Source of the DNA: Oliverpabstia sp.
Lineage (GTDB): Bacteria > Bacillota > Clostridia > Lachnospirales > Lachnospiraceae
Assembly: GCA_034114925.1 (NCBI GenBank)
Contig: JAXEUM010000084.1
Location: 49,283 to 113,282 of the forward strand
Direction of reading: 5' to 3'
DNA length: 64,000 nt
The translations under genes were made by a program, and so were the position numbers. Each line of letters opens with the position of its first letter. The stretch's first letter is position 1. Under the pieces are notes generated by a model. It worked only from the letters and a program-made list of their open reading frames with translations, was not told the origin of the DNA and ran no database searches. This document shows positions 63,499-64,000 of the stretch, one piece after another.

Positions 63499-64000
63499 AT
63501 GGAAATATTGAGATTTAATTTGAGTGGAAAGAATGCTTTTTTTAAGAAACCTGAAGTAAATACGTTTTGTTATTTTACCTATGGAAACCTTCATAAAGTG
63601 GCACTTCTGGGAATGTTTGGAGCTATTTTAGGGTATGGTGGATATGCGCAAATGAAAGGATTTGAGCGTGAAAAGAAGCAGTCAAAACTTACAGATAACT
63701 TGCCAGAATTTTATGAGAGGCTGAAGGATTTACAAGTTTCTGTTTTGCCTAGAGGTAAAAAAGGATATATAGCTAAAAAATTTCAGACGTTTAATAATTC
63801 AGTGGGATATGCATCCAAAGAACAGGGTGGAAATTTAATTGTGAAAGAACAATGGTTGGAAAACCCTGAGTGGGAAATTTGCCTGTTGATCAATTCAGAA
63901 GAAGCGGAAAAATTGAAGGAGGCAATTTGCAAAAGAATATGTATTTATTATCCATATCTTGGAAAAAATGATCATCCCGCCAATATTACCAATATTGTTG
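63499..64000 (+). CDS. cas5: Cas5 (type I-B), 3'-truncated by the window end
   Basis: My own translation from ATG 63499: MEILRFNLSGKNAFFKKPEVNTFCYFTYGNLHKVALLGMFGAILGYGGY...PYLGKNDHPANITNIV, a Cas5 N-terminal RAMP pattern. No stop codon before nt 64000, and the ORF is not in the supplied track. Confidence 0.8.
   Translation, partial: MEILRFNLSGKNAFFKKPEVNTFCYFTYGNLHKVALLGMFGAILGYGGYAQMKGFEREKKQSKLTDNLPEFYERLKDLQVSVLPRGKKGYIAKKFQTFNNSVGYASKEQGGNLIVKEQWLENPEWEICLLINSEEAEKLKEAICKRICIYYPYLGKNDHPANITNIV

Noticed and set aside
1-64000. tRNA, rRNA, tmRNA, transposase, integrase, phage or toxin-antitoxin genes.
   Set aside because: None was recognisable in any intergenic region or ORF. This was scanned by eye only, so small RNAs without a known signature could have been missed.

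Overview
This 64-kb chromosomal segment appears to come from a moderate/low-GC Firmicute, probably a Clostridia (Lachnospiraceae-like) anaerobe. That assignment is my inference from protein families, Gram-positive lipoboxes, strong GGAGG-type SD sites and codon usage. I call 55 protein genes (47 on +, 8 on -), no rRNA or tRNA, and no CRISPR array.

Gene content, left to right:
- lipoprotein-MBOAT-DHHW surface-polymer acylation trio
- GH38 alpha-mannosidase locus with a YesM/YesN-type two-component system, two solute-binding lipoproteins and two permeases but no ATPase
- MFS transporter plus a long ArsR-type regulator
- OmpR-type two-component system coupled to a GtrB/CsbB-like GT2 and a YfhO glycosyltransferase
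- five-gene Opp/Nik-type ABC importer plus a hexapeptide acetyltransferase
- typA and a tandem-OB SSB-like protein
- lysine riboswitch-dapA-dapB
- eukaryote-type HisA, hpf, secA, a HAD hydrolase, and prfB with its programmed +1 frameshift
- SPFH / zinc-ribbon / TPM membrane module
- ACT protein, ApgM-like protein and aspartate kinase
- DUF975, DUF2752 and DUF4190 membrane proteins, then tex
- Q/N-rich zinc-ribbon membrane protein, LysR plus split ChrA, and TetR plus a 7-TM protein
- esterase, FMN riboswitch-ribU, and a NUDIX hydrolase
- after a visible drop in GC, the 5' half of a type I-B cas operon (cas6-cas8b-cas7-cas5, truncated by the window end)

The most interesting signals I can see directly are non-coding:
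1. A family of small palindromic MITE-like elements with GTAAC... termini and 8-bp target-site duplications. One copy is 164 bp, two are 42 bp, and there are three possible 27-bp relics.
2. A second family of long-hairpin repeats (GCCNGGTCAAAGG arms) that builds the leader of the mannosidase gene and the typA 3' region.
3. Two homologous long-loop terminator modules.
4. Duplicated TetR operators.

I did not recognise a clear-cut novel multi-gene defence or secretion system. The SPFH/Zn-ribbon/TPM cluster and the cas-island border are the best protein-level candidates for follow-up. All calls were made by eye, without database searches.
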